64,000 bases of DNA from Eledone cirrhosa. Lineage: Eukaryota. The notes beneath the pieces were generated by a model, which saw only the letters and a program-made list of their open reading frames with translations, was not told where the DNA came from and did not search any database. Every line of letters starts with the position of its first letter. Position 1 is the first letter of the stretch. Position numbers and translations under genes: made by a program. Positions 10,641 through 25,450 of the stretch are shown here, piece by piece. Location: contig OZ024743.1 of NCBI GenBank assembly GCA_964016885.1, positions 205,468,001 through 205,532,000 on the forward strand, given 5' to 3'.

Positions 10641-13600
10641 TATCTTCCCTTGGACGGCTAGAAATTACCTCTCCTTGGACGGCTGAAAATGATCTCCCCT
10701 TGGACGGCTGGAAATTATCTCCCCCTGATTTTTTTTACAAATTATCTCCCCTTGCACGGCTGGAAATTATCTCCCCTTGGACGGCTGGAAATTATCTGCC
10801 CTTGATTTTGTTTTTACAAATTATCACCCCCTGATTTTTTTTACAAATTATCTCCACCTGATATTTTAAAAAATTATCTCCCCTTGGACGGCTGGAAATT
10901 ATCTCCCCTTGGCTGGAAATTATCTCCCCTTGGACGGCTAGAAATTATCTCTCTTTGGACGGCTGGAAATTATCTCCCCTTGATTCTTTTTACAAATTAT
11001 CTCCCCCTGATTTTTTTTACAAATCTCCCAGTGATTTTTTAAAAAAAATTATCTCCCCTTCGCTGGCTGGAAATTATCTCCCCTTGGACGCTGGAAATTA
11101 TAGCCCCTTGGACGCTGGAAATTATCTTCCCTTGGACGGCTGGAAATGATCTCCCCTTGATTTTTTTACAAATTATCTCCCCTGATTTTTTTTTACAAAT
11201 TATCTCCCCCTGATTTTTTTTTTACAAATTATCTCCCCTTGGACGGGTGGAAATTATCTCCCCTTGGACGGCTTGAAATTATCTCCCCTTGGACGGCTAG
11301 AAATTACCTCTCCTTGGACGGCTGAAAATTATCTCCCCTTGATTTTTTTTACAAATTATCTCCCCCTGATTTTATTTTACATATTATCTACCCCTGATTT
11401 TTTTTTACAAATTATCTCCACCTGATCTTTTTTACAAATTATCTCCCCCTGATTTTTTTTTTTACAAATTATCTCCCCCTGATTTTTTTACAAATTATCT
11501 CCCCCTGATTTTTTTTTCAATTTATCTCCGCCTGATTTTTTTAAATATTATCTTCCCTTGGCTGGCGGGAAATTATCTCCCCTTGGACGGCTGGAAATTA
11601 TCTCCCCTTGGAAGGATGGAAATTATCTCCCCTTGGACGGCTGGAAATTATCTCCCCTTGCACTGCTGGAAATTATCTCCCCTTGGACGGCTGGAAATTA
11701 TCTCCCCTTGGCTGGAAATTATCTCCCCTTGGACGGCTAGAAATTATCTCTCTTTGGACGGCTGGAAATTATCTCCCCTTGATTTTTTTACAAATTATCT
11801 CCCCTTGATTTTTTTTACAAATCTCCCAGTGATTTTTTTTTAAAAATTATCTCCCCTTCGCTGGCTGGAAATTATCTCCCCTTGGACGCTGGAAATTATA
11901 GCCCCTTGGAGGGCTGGAAATTATCTTCCCTTGGACGGCTGGAAATTATCTCCCCTTGATTTTTTTTACAAATTATCTCCCCCTGATTTTTTTTTACAAA
12001 TTATCTCCCCCTGATTTTTTTTTACAAATTATCTCCCCCTGATTTTTTTACAACTTATCTCCGCCTGATTTTTTTAAAAAAATTATCTCCCCTTGGACGG
12101 CTGGAAATTATCTCCCCTTGGACGGCTGGAAATTATCTCTCCTTGGACGGCTAGAAATTACCTCTCCTTGGACGGCTGAAAATTATCTCCCCTTGGACGG
12201 CTGGAAATTATCTCCCCTTGATTTTTTTTACAAATTATCTCCCCCTGATTTTTTTTTACAAATTATCTCCCCCTGATTTTTTTACAAATTATCTCCCCCT
12301 GATTTTTTTTTACAAATTATCTCCCCCTGATTTTTTTTACAAATTATATCCCCTTGGCTGGCTGGAAATTATCTCCCCTTGGAGGCTGGAATTTATCTGC
12401 CCTTGGACGGCTAGAAATTACCTCTCCTTGGACGGCTGGAAATTATGTCTCCTTGGACGGTTGGAAATTATCTCCCCTTGGACGGCTGGAAATTATCTCC
12501 CCTTGGACGGCTGGAAATTATCTCCCCTTGGACGGCTAGATATTACCTCTCCTTGGACGGCTGGAAATTATCTGCCCTTGGACGGCTGGAAATTATCTCC
12601 CCTTGGACGGCTGGAAATTATTTCCCCTTGATTTTTTTTACAAATTATCTCCCCCTGATTTTTTTTTACAAATCTCCACCTAATTAAAAAAAAAATTATC
12701 TCCCCTTCGCTGGCTGGAAATTATCTTCCTCTGGACGGCTGGAAATTATAGCCGCTTGTAGGGCTGGAAATTATCTCCCCTTGGACGGCTGGAAATTATC
12801 TCCCCTTGATTTTTTTTACTAAGTATCTCACCCTGATTTTTTTTTACAAATTATCTCCGCCTGATTTTTAAAAAAAAATTATCTCCCCTTGGCTGGATGG
12901 AAATTATCTCCCCTTGGACGGCTGGAAATTATCTTCCCTTGATTTCTTATACAAATTATCTACCCCTGATTTTTTTTTACAAATTATCTCTCCCTGATTT
13001 TTTTTTACAAATATCTCCCCTCCGCTGGCTGACAAATCATCTCCGCCTGATTTTTTTAAAAACTTATCTCCCTTGGCTTGCTGGAAATTATCTCCCCTTG
13101 GACGGCTATAAATTATCTCTCCTTCGACGGCTGGAAATTATCTCCCCTTGATTTTTTTACAAATTATCTCCCCCTGATTTTTTTTTACCAATCAACCTCT
13201 GATTTAAAAAAAAATTATCTCTCCTTCGCTGGCTGGAAATTATCTCCCCTTGGACGGCTGGAAATTATCTCCCCTTGATTTTTTTTACAAATTATCTACC
13301 CTGATTTTTTTACAAATTATCTCCCCCTGATTTTTTTTTACAAATTATCCCCCCCTGATTTTTTTTTTTACAAATTATCTCCGCCTGATTTTTTTAAAAT
13401 TATCTCCCCTTGGCTGGATGGAAATTATCTCCCCTTGGACGGCTGGAAATTATCTCCCCTTGCACGGCTGGAAATTATCTTCCCTTGGACGGCTAGAAAT
13501 TACCTCTCCTTGGACGGCTGAAAATTATCTCCCCTTGGACGGCTGGAAATTATCTCCCCCTGATTTTTTTTACAAATTATCTCCCCTTGCACGGCTGGAA

Positions 13601-15699
13601 ATTATCTCCCCTTGGACGGCTGGAAATTATCTGCCCTTGATTTTGTTTTTACAAATTATCTCCCCCTGATTTTTTTTACAAATTATCTCCACCTGATATT
13701 TTAAAAAATTATCTCCCCTTGGACGGCTGGAAATTATCTCCCCTTGGCTGGAAATTATCTCCCCTTGGACGGCTAGAAATTATCTCTCTTTGGACGGCTG
13801 GAAATTATCTCCCCTTGATTCTTTTTACAAATTATCTCCCCCTGATTTTTTTTACAAATCTCCCCCTAATTTAAAAAAAAATTATCTCCCCTTCGCTGGC
13901 TGGAAATTATCTCCCCTTGGACGCTGAAAATTATAGCCCCTTGGAGGCTGGAAATTATCTTCCCTTGGACGGCTGGAAATTATCTCCCCTTGATTTTTTT
14001 ACAAATTATCTCCCCCTGATTTTTTTTTACAAATTATCTCCCCCTGATTTTTTTTTACAAATTATCTCCCCTTGGACGGGTGGAAATTATCTCCCCTTGG
14101 ACGGCTTGAAATTATCTCCCCTTGGACGGCTAGAAATTACCTCTCCTTGGACGGCTGAAAATTATCTCCCCTTGATTTTTTTTACAAATTATCTCCCCCT
14201 GATTTTTTTTTTTACAAATTATCTCCCCCTGATTTTATTTTACATATTATCTACCCCTGATTTTTTTTTACAAATTATCTCCACCTGATCTTTTTTACAA
14301 ATTATCTCCCCCTGATTTTTTTTTTACAAATTATCTCCCCCTGATTTTTTTACAAATTATCTCCCCCTAATTTATTTTACAAATTATCTCCGCCTGATTT
14401 TTTTAAATATTATCTTCCCTTGGCTGGCGGGAAATAATCTCCCCTTGGACGGCTGGAAATTATCTCCCCTTGGAAGGATGGAAATTATCTTCCCTTGGAC
14501 GGCTGGAAATTATCTCCCCTTGCACGGCTGGAAATTATCTCCCCTTGGACGGCTGGAAATTATCTCCCCTTGGATGGCTAGAAATTATCTCTCTTTGGAC
14601 GGCTGGAAATTATCTCCCCTTGATTTTTTTTACAAATTATCTCCCCCTGATTTTTTTTACAAATCTCCCAGTGATTTTTAAAAAAAAATTATCTCCCTTT
14701 CGCTGGCTGGAAATTATCTCCCCTTGGACGCTGGAAATTATAGCCCCTTGGAGGGCTGGAAATTATCTTCCCTTGGACGGCTGGAAATTATCTCCCCTTG
14801 ATTTTTTTTACATATTATCTCCCCCTGATTTTTTTTACAACTTATCTCCGCCTGATTTTTTTAAAAAAATTATCTCCCCTTGGACGGCTGGAAATTATCT
14901 CCCCTTGGACGGCTGGAAATTATCTCTCCTTGGACGGCTAGAAATTACCTCTCCTTGGACGGCTGAAAATTATCTCCCCTTGGACGGCTGGAAATTATCT
15001 CCCCTTGATTTTTTTTACAAATTATCTCCCCCTAATTTTTTTTACAAATTATCTCCCCCTGATTTTTTTTACAAATTATATTCCCTTGGCTGGCTGGAAA
15101 TTATCTCCCCTTGGAGGCTGGAATTTATCTCCCCTTGGACGGCTAGAAATTACCTCTCCTTGGACGGCTGGAAATTATGTCTCCTTGGACGGCTGGAAAT
15201 TATCTCCCCTTGGACGGCTGGAAATTATCTCCCCTTGGACGGCTGGAAATTATCTCCCCTTGAACGGCTAGAAATTACCTGTCCTTGGACGGCTGAAAAT
15301 TATCTCCCCTTGGACGGCTGGAAATTATCTCCCCTTGATTTTTTACAAATTATCTCCCCCTGATTTTTTTTACAAATTATCTCCCCCTGATTTTTTTTTA
15401 CAAATTATCTACCCCTGATTTTTTTTACAAATCTCCCAGTGATTTTTTTAAAAAATTATCTCCCCTTCGCTGGCTGGAAATTATCTCCCCTTGGACGCTG
15501 GAAATTATAGCCCCTTGGAGGGCTGGAAGTTATCTTTCCTTGGAGGGCTGGAAATTATCTTCCCTTGGACGGCTGGAAATTATCTCCCCTTGATTTTTTT
15601 TACAAATTATCTCCCCCTGATTTTTTTTTACAAATTATCTCCCCCTGATTTTTTTTTTACAAATTATCTCCGCCTGATTTTTTTTAAAAATTATCTCCC

Positions 15700-18600
15700 C
15701 TTGGACGGCTGGAAATTGTCTCCCCTTGGACGGCTGGAAATTATCTCCCCTTGGACGGCTAGAAATTACCTCTCCTTGGACGGCTTAAAATTATCTCCCC
15801 TTGATTTTTTTTTACAAATTATCTACCCCTGATTTTTTTTTACAAATTATCTACGCCTGATTTTTTTTTCCAAATTATCTCCCCCTGATTTTTTTTTACA
15901 AATTATCTCCCCCTGTTTTTTTTTACAAATTATTTCCCCCTGATTATTTTACAAATTATCTCCGCCTGATTTTTTTAAATATTATCTTCCCTTGGCTGGC
16001 GGGAAATTATCTCCCCTTGGACGCCTGGAAATTATCTCCCCTTGGAAGGATGGAAATTATCTCCCCTTGGACGGCTGGAAATTATCTCCCCTTGCACTGC
16101 TGGAAATTATCTCCCCTTGGACGGCTGGAAATTATCTCCCCTTGGCTGGAAATTATCTCCCCTTGGACGGCTAGAAATTATCTCTCTTTGGACGGCTGGA
16201 AATTATCTCCCCTTGATTTTTTTACAAATTATCTCCCCCTGATTTTTTTACAAATCTCCCAGTGTTTTTTTTTTAAAATTATCTCCCCTTCGCTTGCTGG
16301 AAATTATCTCCCCTTGGACGCTGGAAATTATAGCCCCTTGGAGGGCTGGAAATTATCTTCCCTTGGACGGCTGGAAATTATCTCCCCTTGATTTTTTTTA
16401 CAAATTATCTCCCCCTGATTTTTTTTTACAAATTATCTCCCCCTGATTTTTTTTTACAAATTATCTCCCCCTGATTTTTTTTACAACTTATCTCCGCCTG
16501 ATTTTTTTAAAAAAATTATCTCCCCTTGGACGGCTAGAAATTACCTCTCCTTGGACGGCTGAAAATTATCTCCCCTTGGACGGCTGGAAATTATCTCCCC
16601 TTGATTTTTTTTACAAATTATCTCCCCCTGATTTTTTTTTACAAATTATCTCCCCCTGATTTTTTTTACAAATTATCTCCCCCTGATTTTTTTTTACAAA
16701 TTATCTCCCCCTGATTTTTTTTACAAATTATATCCCCTTGGCTGGCTGGAAATTATCTCCCCTTGGAGGCTGGAATTTATCTCCCCTTGGACGGCTAGAA
16801 ATTACCTCTCCTTGGACGGCTGGAAATTATGTCTCCTTGGACGGCTAGAAATTACCTCTCCTTGGACGGCTGAAAATTATCTCCCCTTGGACGGCTGGAA
16901 ATTATCTCCCCTTGATTTTTTTTACAAATTATCTCCCCCTGATTTTTTTTACAAATTATCTCCCCCTGATTTTTTTTTACAAATTATCTCCCCCTGATTT
17001 TTTTTACAAATTATATCCCCTTGGCTGGCTGGAAATTATCTCCCCTTGGAGGCTGGAATTTATCTCCCCTTGGACGGCTAGAAATTACCTCTCCTTGGAC
17101 GGCTGGAAATGATGTCTCCTTGGACGGCTGGAAATTATCTCCCCTTGGACGGCTGGAAATTATCTCCCCTTGGACGGCTGGAAATTATCTCCCCTTGGAC
17201 GGCTAGATATTACCTCTCCTTGGACGGCTGGAAATTATCTGCCCTTGGACGGCTGGAAATTATCTCCCCTTGGACGGCTGGAAATTATTTCCCCTTGATT
17301 TTTTTTACAAATTATCTCCCGCTGATTTTTTTTTACAAATCTCCACCTAATTAAAAAAAAATTATCTCCCCTTCGCTGGCTGGAAATTATCTTGCTTTGG
17401 ACGGCTGGAAATTATAGCCGCTTGTAGAGCTGGAAATTATCTCCCCTTGGACGGCTGGAAATTATCTCCCCTTGATTTTTTTTACTAAGTATCTCACCCT
17501 GATTTTTTTTACAAATTATCTCCGCCTGATTTTTAAAAAAAAATTATCTCCCCTTGGCTGGATGGAAATTATCTCCCCTTGGACGGCTGGAAATTATCTT
17601 CCCTTGATTTCTTCTACAAATTATCTACCCCTGATTTTTTTTACAAATTATCTCTCCCTGATTTTTTTTTACAAATATCTCTCCTTGGCTGGCTGGAAAT
17701 TATCTCCCCTTGGCTGGCTGGAAATTATCTCCCCCTGATATTTTTTTACAAATTAGCTCCCCCTGATTTTTTTTACAAATTATCTCCCCCTGATTTTTTT
17801 CACAAATTATCTCCCCCTGATTTTTTTTACAAATTATCTCCCCTGATTTAAAAAAAAAAAGTATCTCCCCTTGGACGGCTGGAAATTATCTCCCCTTGGA
17901 CGGCTGGAAATTATCGCCCCCTGATTTTTTTTTTACAAATTATCTCCACCTGATTTTTTTTACAAATCATCTCAGCCTGATTTTTTTTAAATATTATCTC
18001 CCTTGGCTTGCTGGAAATTATCTCCCCTTGGACGGCTATAAATTATCTCTCCTTCGACGGCTGGAAATTATCTCCCCTTGATTTTTTTACAAATTATCTC
18101 CCCCTGATTTTTTTTTACCAATCAACCCCTGATTTAAAAACAAAAATTATCTCCCCTTCGCTGGCTGGAAATTATCTCCCCTTGGACGGCTGGAAATTAT
18201 CTCCCCTTGATTTTTTTTACAAATTATCTACCCCTGATTTTTTTACAAATTATCTCCCCCTGATTTTTTTTACAAATTATCTCCCCCTGATTTTTTTTTT
18301 TACAAATTATCTCCGCCTGATTTTTTTAGAATTATCTCCCCTTGGCTGGATGGAAATTATCTCCCCTTGGACGGCTGGAAATTATCTCCCCTTGGAAGGA
18401 TGGAAATTATCTCCCCTTGGACGGCTGGAAATTATCTCCCCTTGCACGGCTGGAAATTATCTCCCCTTGGACGGCTAGAAATTACCTCTCCTTGGACGGC
18501 TGAAAATTATCTCCCCTTGGACGGCTGGAAATTATGTCCACCTGATTTTTTTTACAAATCATCTCCGCCTGATTTTTTTAAAAACTTATCTCCCTTGGCT

Positions 18601-21600
18601 TGCTGGAAATTATCTCCCCTTGGACGGCTATAAATTATCTCTCCTTCGACGGCTGGAAATTATCTCCCCTTGATTTTTTTACAAATTATCTCCCCCTGAT
18701 TTTTTTTTACCAATCTACCCCTGATTTAAAAAAAAATTATCTTTCCTTCGCTGGCTGGAAATTATCTCCCCTTGGACGGCTGGAAATTATCTCCCCTTGA
18801 TTTTTTTTACAAATTATCTACCCCTGATTTTTTTACAAATTATCTCCCCCTGATTTTTTTTTACAAATTATCTCCCCTTGATTTTTTTTTTTTACAAATT
18901 ATCTCCGCCTGATTTTCTTAAAATTATCTCCCCTTGGCTGGATGGAAATTATCTCCCCTAGGACGGCTGGAAATTATCTCCCCTTGCACGGCTGGAAATT
19001 ATCTTCCCTTGGACGGCTAGAAATTACCTCTCCTTGGACGGCTGAAAATTATCTCCCCTTGGACGGCTGGAAATTATCTCCCCCTGATTTTTTTTACAAA
19101 TTATCTCCCCTTGCACGGCTGGAAATTATCTCCCCTTGGACGGCTGGAAATTATCTGCCCTTGATTTTGTTTTTACAAATTATCTCCCCCTGATTTTTTT
19201 TACAAATTATCTCCACCTGATATTTTAAAAAATTATCTCCCCTTGGACGGCTGGAAATTATCTCCCCTTGGCTGGAAATTATCTCCCCTTGGACGGCTAG
19301 AAATTATCTCTCTTTGGACGGTTGGAAATTATCTCCCCTTGATTCTTTTTACAAATTATCTCCCCCTGATTTTTTTTACAAATCTCCCAGTGATTTTTTA
19401 AAAAAAATTATCTCCCCTTCGCTGGCTGGAAATTATCTCCCCTTGGACGCTGGAAATTATAGCCCCTTGGATGCTGGAAATTATCTTCCCTTGGACGGCT
19501 GGAAATTATCTCCCCTTGATTTTTTTACAAATTATCTCCCCCTGATTTTTTTTTACAAATTATCTCCCCCTGATTTTTTTTTTACAAATTATCTCCCCTT
19601 GGACGGGTGGAAATTATCTCCCCTTGATTTTTTTACAAATTATCTCCCCCTGATTTTTTTTTACCAATCTACCCCTGATTTAAAAAAAAAAATTATCTCC
19701 CCTTCGCTGGCTGGAAATTATCTCCCCTTGGACGGCTTGAAATTATCTCCCCTTGGACGGCTAGAAATTACCTCTCCTTGGACGGCTGAAAATTATCTCC
19801 CCTTGATTTTTTTACAAATTATCTCCCCCTGATTTTTTTTACAAATCTCCCAGTGATTTTTTTTAAAAAATTATCTCCCCTTCGCTGGCTGGAAATTATC
19901 TCCCCTTGGACGCTGGAAATTATAGCCCCTTGGAGGGCTGGAAATTATCTTCCCTTGGACGGCTGGAAATTATCTCCCCTTGATTTCTTTTACAAATTAT
20001 CTCCCCCTGATTTTTTTTTACAAATTATCTCCCCCTGATTTTTTTTTACAAATTATCTCCCCCTGATTTTTTTTACAACTTATCTCCGCCTGATTTTTTT
20101 AAAAAAATTATCTCCCCTTGGACGGCTGGAAATTATCTCCCCTTGGACGGCTGGAAATTATCTCTCCTTGGACGGCTAGAAATTACCTCTCCTTGGACGG
20201 CTGAAAATTATCTCCCCTTGGACGGCTGGAAATTATCTCCCCTTGATTTTTTTTACAAATTATCTCCCCCTGATTTTTTTTTACAAATTATCTCCCCCTG
20301 ATTTTTTTTACAAATTATCTCCCCCTGATTTTTTTTTACAAATTATCTCCCCCTGATTTTTTTTACAAATTATATCCCCTTGGACGGCTGGAAATTATCT
20401 CCCCTTGGACGGCTGGAAATTATCTCCCCTTGGACGGCTAGAAATTACCTCTCCTTGGACGGCTTAAAATTATCTCCCCTTGATTTTTTTTTACAAATTA
20501 TCTACCCCTGATTTTTTTTTACAAATTATCTACGCCTGATTTTTTTTTCCAAATTATCTCCCCCTGATTTTTTTTTACAAATTATCTCCCCCTGTTTTTT
20601 TTTACAAATTATTTCCCCCTGATTATTTTACAAATTATCTCCGCCTGATTTTTTTAAATATTATCTTCCCTTGGCTGGCGGGAAATTATCTCCCCTTGGA
20701 CGCCTGGAAATTATCTCCCCTTGGAAGGATGGAAATTATCTCCCCTTGGACGGCTGGAAATTATCTCCCCTTGCACTGCTGGAAATTATCTCCCCTTGGA
20801 CGGCTGGAAATTATCTCCCCTTGGCTGGAAATTATCTCCCCTTGGACGGCTAGAAATTATCTCTCTTTGGACGGCTGGAAATTATCTCCCCTTGATTTTT
20901 TTACAAATTATCTCCCCCTGATTTTTTTACAAATCTCCCAGTGTTTTTTTTTTAAAATTATCTCCCCTTCGCTGGCTGGAAATTATCTCCCCTTGGACGC
21001 TGGAAATTATAGCCCCTTGGAGGGCTGGAAATTATCTTCCCTTGGACGGCTGGAAATTATCTCCCCTTGATTTTTTTTACAAATTATCTCCCCCTGATTT
21101 TTTTTTACAAATTATCTCCCCCTGATTTTTTTTTACAAATTATCTCCCCCTGATTTTTTTTACAACTTATCTCCGCCTGATTTTTAAAAAAAAATTATCT
21201 CCCCTTGGACGGCTAGAAATTACCTCTCCTTGGACGGCTGAAAATTATCTCCCCTTGGACGGCTGGAAATTATCTCCCCTTGATTTTTTTTACAAATTAT
21301 CTCCCCCTGATTTTTTTTTACAAATTATCTCCCCCTGATTTTTTTTACAAATTATCTCCCCCTGATTTTTTTTTACAAATTATCTCCCCCTGATTTTTTT
21401 TACAAATTATATCCCCTTGGCTGGCTGGAAATTATCTCCCCTTGGAGGCTGGAATTTATCTCCCCTTGGACGGCTAGAAATTACCTCTCCTTGGACGGCT
21501 GGAAATTATGTCTCCTTGGACGGCTAGAAATTACCTCTCCTTGGACGGCTGAAAATTATCTCCCCTTGGACGGCTGGAAATTATCTCCCCTTGATTTTTT

Positions 21601-24600
21601 TTACAAATTATCTCCCCCTGATTTTTTTTACAAATTATCTCCCCCTGATTTTTTTTTACAAATTATCTCCCCCTGATTTTTTTTACAAATTATATCCCCT
21701 TGGCTGGCTGGAAATTATCTCCCCTTGGAGGCTGGAATTTATCTCCCCTTGGACGGCTAGAAATTACCTCTCCTTGGACGGCTGGAAATTATGTCTCCTT
21801 GGACGGCTGGAAATTATCTCCCCTTGGACGGCTGGAAATTATCTCCCCTTGGACGGCTGGAAATTATCTCCCCTTGGACGGCTAGATATTACCTCTCCTT
21901 GGACGGCTGGAAATTATCTGCCCTTGGACGGCTGGAAATTATCTCCCCTTGGACGGCTGGAAATTATTTCCCCTTGATTTTTTTTACAAATTATCTCCCG
22001 CTGATTTTTTTTTACAAATCTCCACCTAATTAAAAAAAAAATTATCTCCCCTTCGCTGGCTGGAAATTATCTTGCTTTGGACGGCTGGAAATTATAGCCG
22101 CTTGTAGAGCTGGAAATTATCTCCCCTTGGACGGCTGGAAATTATCTCCCCTTGATTTTTTTTACTAAGTATCTCACCCTGATTTTTTTTTACAAATTAT
22201 CTCCGCCTGATTTTTAAAAAAAAATTATCTCCCCTTGGCTGGATGGAAATTATCTCCCCTTGGACGGCTGGAAATTATCTTCCCTTGATTTCTTCTACAA
22301 ATTATCTACCCCTGATTTTTTTTACAAATTATCTCTCCCTGATTTTTTTTTACAAATATCTCTCCTTGGCTGGCTGGAAATTATCTCCCCTTGGCTGGCT
22401 GGAAATTATCTCCCCCTGATATTTTTTTACAAATTAGCTCCCCCTGATTTTTTTTACAAATTATCTCCCCCTGATTTTTTTCACAAATTATCTCCCCCTG
22501 ATTTTTTTTACAAATTATCTCCCCTGATTTAAAAAAAAAAAGTATCTCCCCTTGGACGGCTGGAAATTATCGCCCCCTGATTTTTTTTTTACAAATTATC
22601 TCCACCTGATTTTTTTTACAAATCATCTCAGCCTGATTTTTTTAAAATATTATCTCCCTTGGCTTGCTGGAAATTATCTCCCCTTGGACGGCTATAAATT
22701 ATCTCTCCTTCGACGGCTGGAAATTATCTCCCCTTGATTTTTTTACAAATTATCTCCCCCTGATTTTTTTTTACCAATCAACCCCTGATTTAAAAACAAA
22801 AATTATCTCCCCTTCGCTGGCTGGAAATTATCTCCCCTTGGACGGCTGGAAATTATCTCCCCTTGATTTTTTTTTACAAATTATCTACCCCTGATTTTTT
22901 TACAAATTATCTCCCCCTGATTTTTTTTACAAATTATCTCCCCCTGATTTTTTTTTTTTACAAATTATCTCCGCCTGATTTTTTTAGAATTATCTCCCCT
23001 TGGCTGGATGGAAATTATCTCCCCTTGGACGGCTGGAAATTATCTCCCCTTGGAAGGATGGAAATTATCTCCCCTTGGACGGCTGGAAATTATCTCCCCT
23101 TGCACGGCTGGAAATTATCTCCCCTTGGACGGCTAGAAATTACCTCTCCTTGGACGGCTGAAAATTATCTCCCCTTGGACGGCTGGAAATTATGTCCACA
23201 TGATTTTTTTTACAAATCATCTCCGCCTGATTTTTTTAAAAACTTATCTCCCTTGGCTTGCTGGAAATTATCTCCCCTTGGACGGCTATAAATTATCTCT
23301 CCTTCGACGGCTGGAAATTATCTCCCCTTGATTTTTTTACAAATTATCTCCCCCTGATTTTTTTTTACCAATCTACCCCTGATTTAAAAAAAAATTATCT
23401 CTCCTTCGCTGGCTGGAAATTATCTCCCCTTGGACGGCTGGAAATTATCTCCCCTTGATTTTTTTTACAAATTATCTACCCCTGATTTTTTTACAAATTA
23501 TCTCCCCCTGATTTTTTTTTACAAATTATCTCCCCTTGATTTTTTTTTTTTACAAATTATCTCCGCCTGATTTTCTTAAAATTATCTCCCCTTGGCTGGA
23601 TGGAAATTATCTCCCCTAGGACGGCTGGAAATTATCTCCCCTTGCACGGCTGGAAATTATCTTCCCTTGGACGGCTAGAAATTACCTCTCCTTGGACGGC
23701 TGAAAATTATCTCCCCTTGGACGGCTGGAAATTATCTCCCCCTGATTTTTTTTACAAATTATCTCCCCTTGCACGGCTGGAAATTATCTCCCCTTGGACG
23801 GCTGGAAATTATCTGCCCTTGATTTTGTTTTTACAAATTATCTCCCCCTGATTTTTTTTACAAATTATCTCCACCTGATATTTTAAAAAATTATCTCCCC
23901 TTGGACGGCTGGAAATTATCTCCCCTTGGCTGGAAATTATCTCCCCTTGGACGGCTAGAAATTATCTCTCTTTGGACGGCTGGAAATTATCTCCCCTTGA
24001 TTCTTTTTACAAATTATCTCCCCCTGATTTTTTTTACAAATCTCCCAGTGATTTTTTAAAAAAAATTATCTCCCCTTCGCTGGCTGGAAATTATCTCCCC
24101 TTGGACGCTGGAAATTATAGCCCCTTGGACGCTGGAAATTATCTTCCCTTGGACGGCTGGAAATTATCTCCCCTTGATTTTTTTACAAATTATCTCCCCC
24201 TGATTTTTTTTTACAAATTATCTCCCCCTGATTTTTTTTTTACAAATTATCTCCCCTTGGACGGGTGGAAATTATCTCCCCTTGATTTTTTTACAAATTA
24301 TCTCCCCCTGATTTTTTTTTACCAATCTACCCCTGATTTAAAAAAAAAAATTATCTCCCCTTCGCTGGCTGGAAATTATCTCCCCTTGGACGGCTTGAAA
24401 TTATCTCCCCTTGGACGGCTAGAAATTACCTCTCCTTGGACGGCTGAAAATTATCTCCCCTTGATTTTTTTTACAAATTATCTCCCCCTGATTTTTTTTT
24501 ACATATTATCTACCCCTGATTTTTTTTTACAAATTATCTCCACCTGATCTTTTTTACAAATTATCTCCCCCTGATTTTTTTTTTACAAATTATCTCCCCC

Positions 24601-25450
24601 TGATTTTTTTTTCAAATTATCTCCGCCTGATTTTTTTAAATATTATCTTCCCTTGGCTGGCGGGAAATTATCTCCCCTTGGACGGCTGAAAATTATCTCC
24701 CCTTGGAAGGATGGAAATTATCTCCCCTTGGACAGCTGGAAATTATCTCCCCTTGCACTGCTGGAAATTATCTCCCCTTGGACGGCTGGAAATTAGCTCC
24801 CCTTGGCTGGAAATTATCTCCCCTTGGACGGCTAGAAATTATCTCTCTTTGGACAGCTGGAAATTATCTCCCCTTGATTTTTTTACAAATTATCTCCCCC
24901 TGATTTTTTTTACAAATCTCCCAGTGATTTTTTTTTAAAAATTATCTCCCCTTCGCTGGCTGGAAATTATCTCCCCTTGGACGCTGGAAATTATAGCCCC
25001 TTGGAGGGCTGGAAATTATCTTCCCTTGGACGGCTGGAAATTATCTCCCCTTGATTTCTTTTACAAATTATCTCCCCCTGATTTTTTTTTACAAATTATC
25101 TCCCCCTGATTTTTTTTTACAAATTATCTCCCCCTGATTTTTTTTACAACTTATCTCCGCCTGATTTTTTTTTAAAAATTATCTCCCCTTGGACGGCTGG
25201 AAATTATCTCCCCTTGGACGGCTGGAAATTATCTCTCCTTGGACGGCTAGAAATTACCTCTCCTTGGACGGCTGAAAATTATCTCCCCTTGGACGGCTGG
25301 AAATTATCTCCCCTTGATTTTTTTTACAAATTATCTCCCCCTGATTTTTTTTTACAAATTATCTCCCCCTGATTTTTTTTACAAATAATCTCCCCCTGAT
25401 TTTTTTTTACAAATTATCTCCCCCTGATTTTTTTTACAAATTATATCCCC
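15700..25450 (+). repeat. Adjacent tandem pair of ~4.7-5.1 kb HOR units (about 15700-20379 and 20380-25450)
   Basis: ORF offsets of 4679 (15992/20671, 16812/21491) and 4656-4658 (17896/22552, 19314/23972). Shared rare variants GGCTTAAAA, TACGCCTG, GACGCCTGG, TTGTAGAGC, CCCTAGG. Confidence 0.93.
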
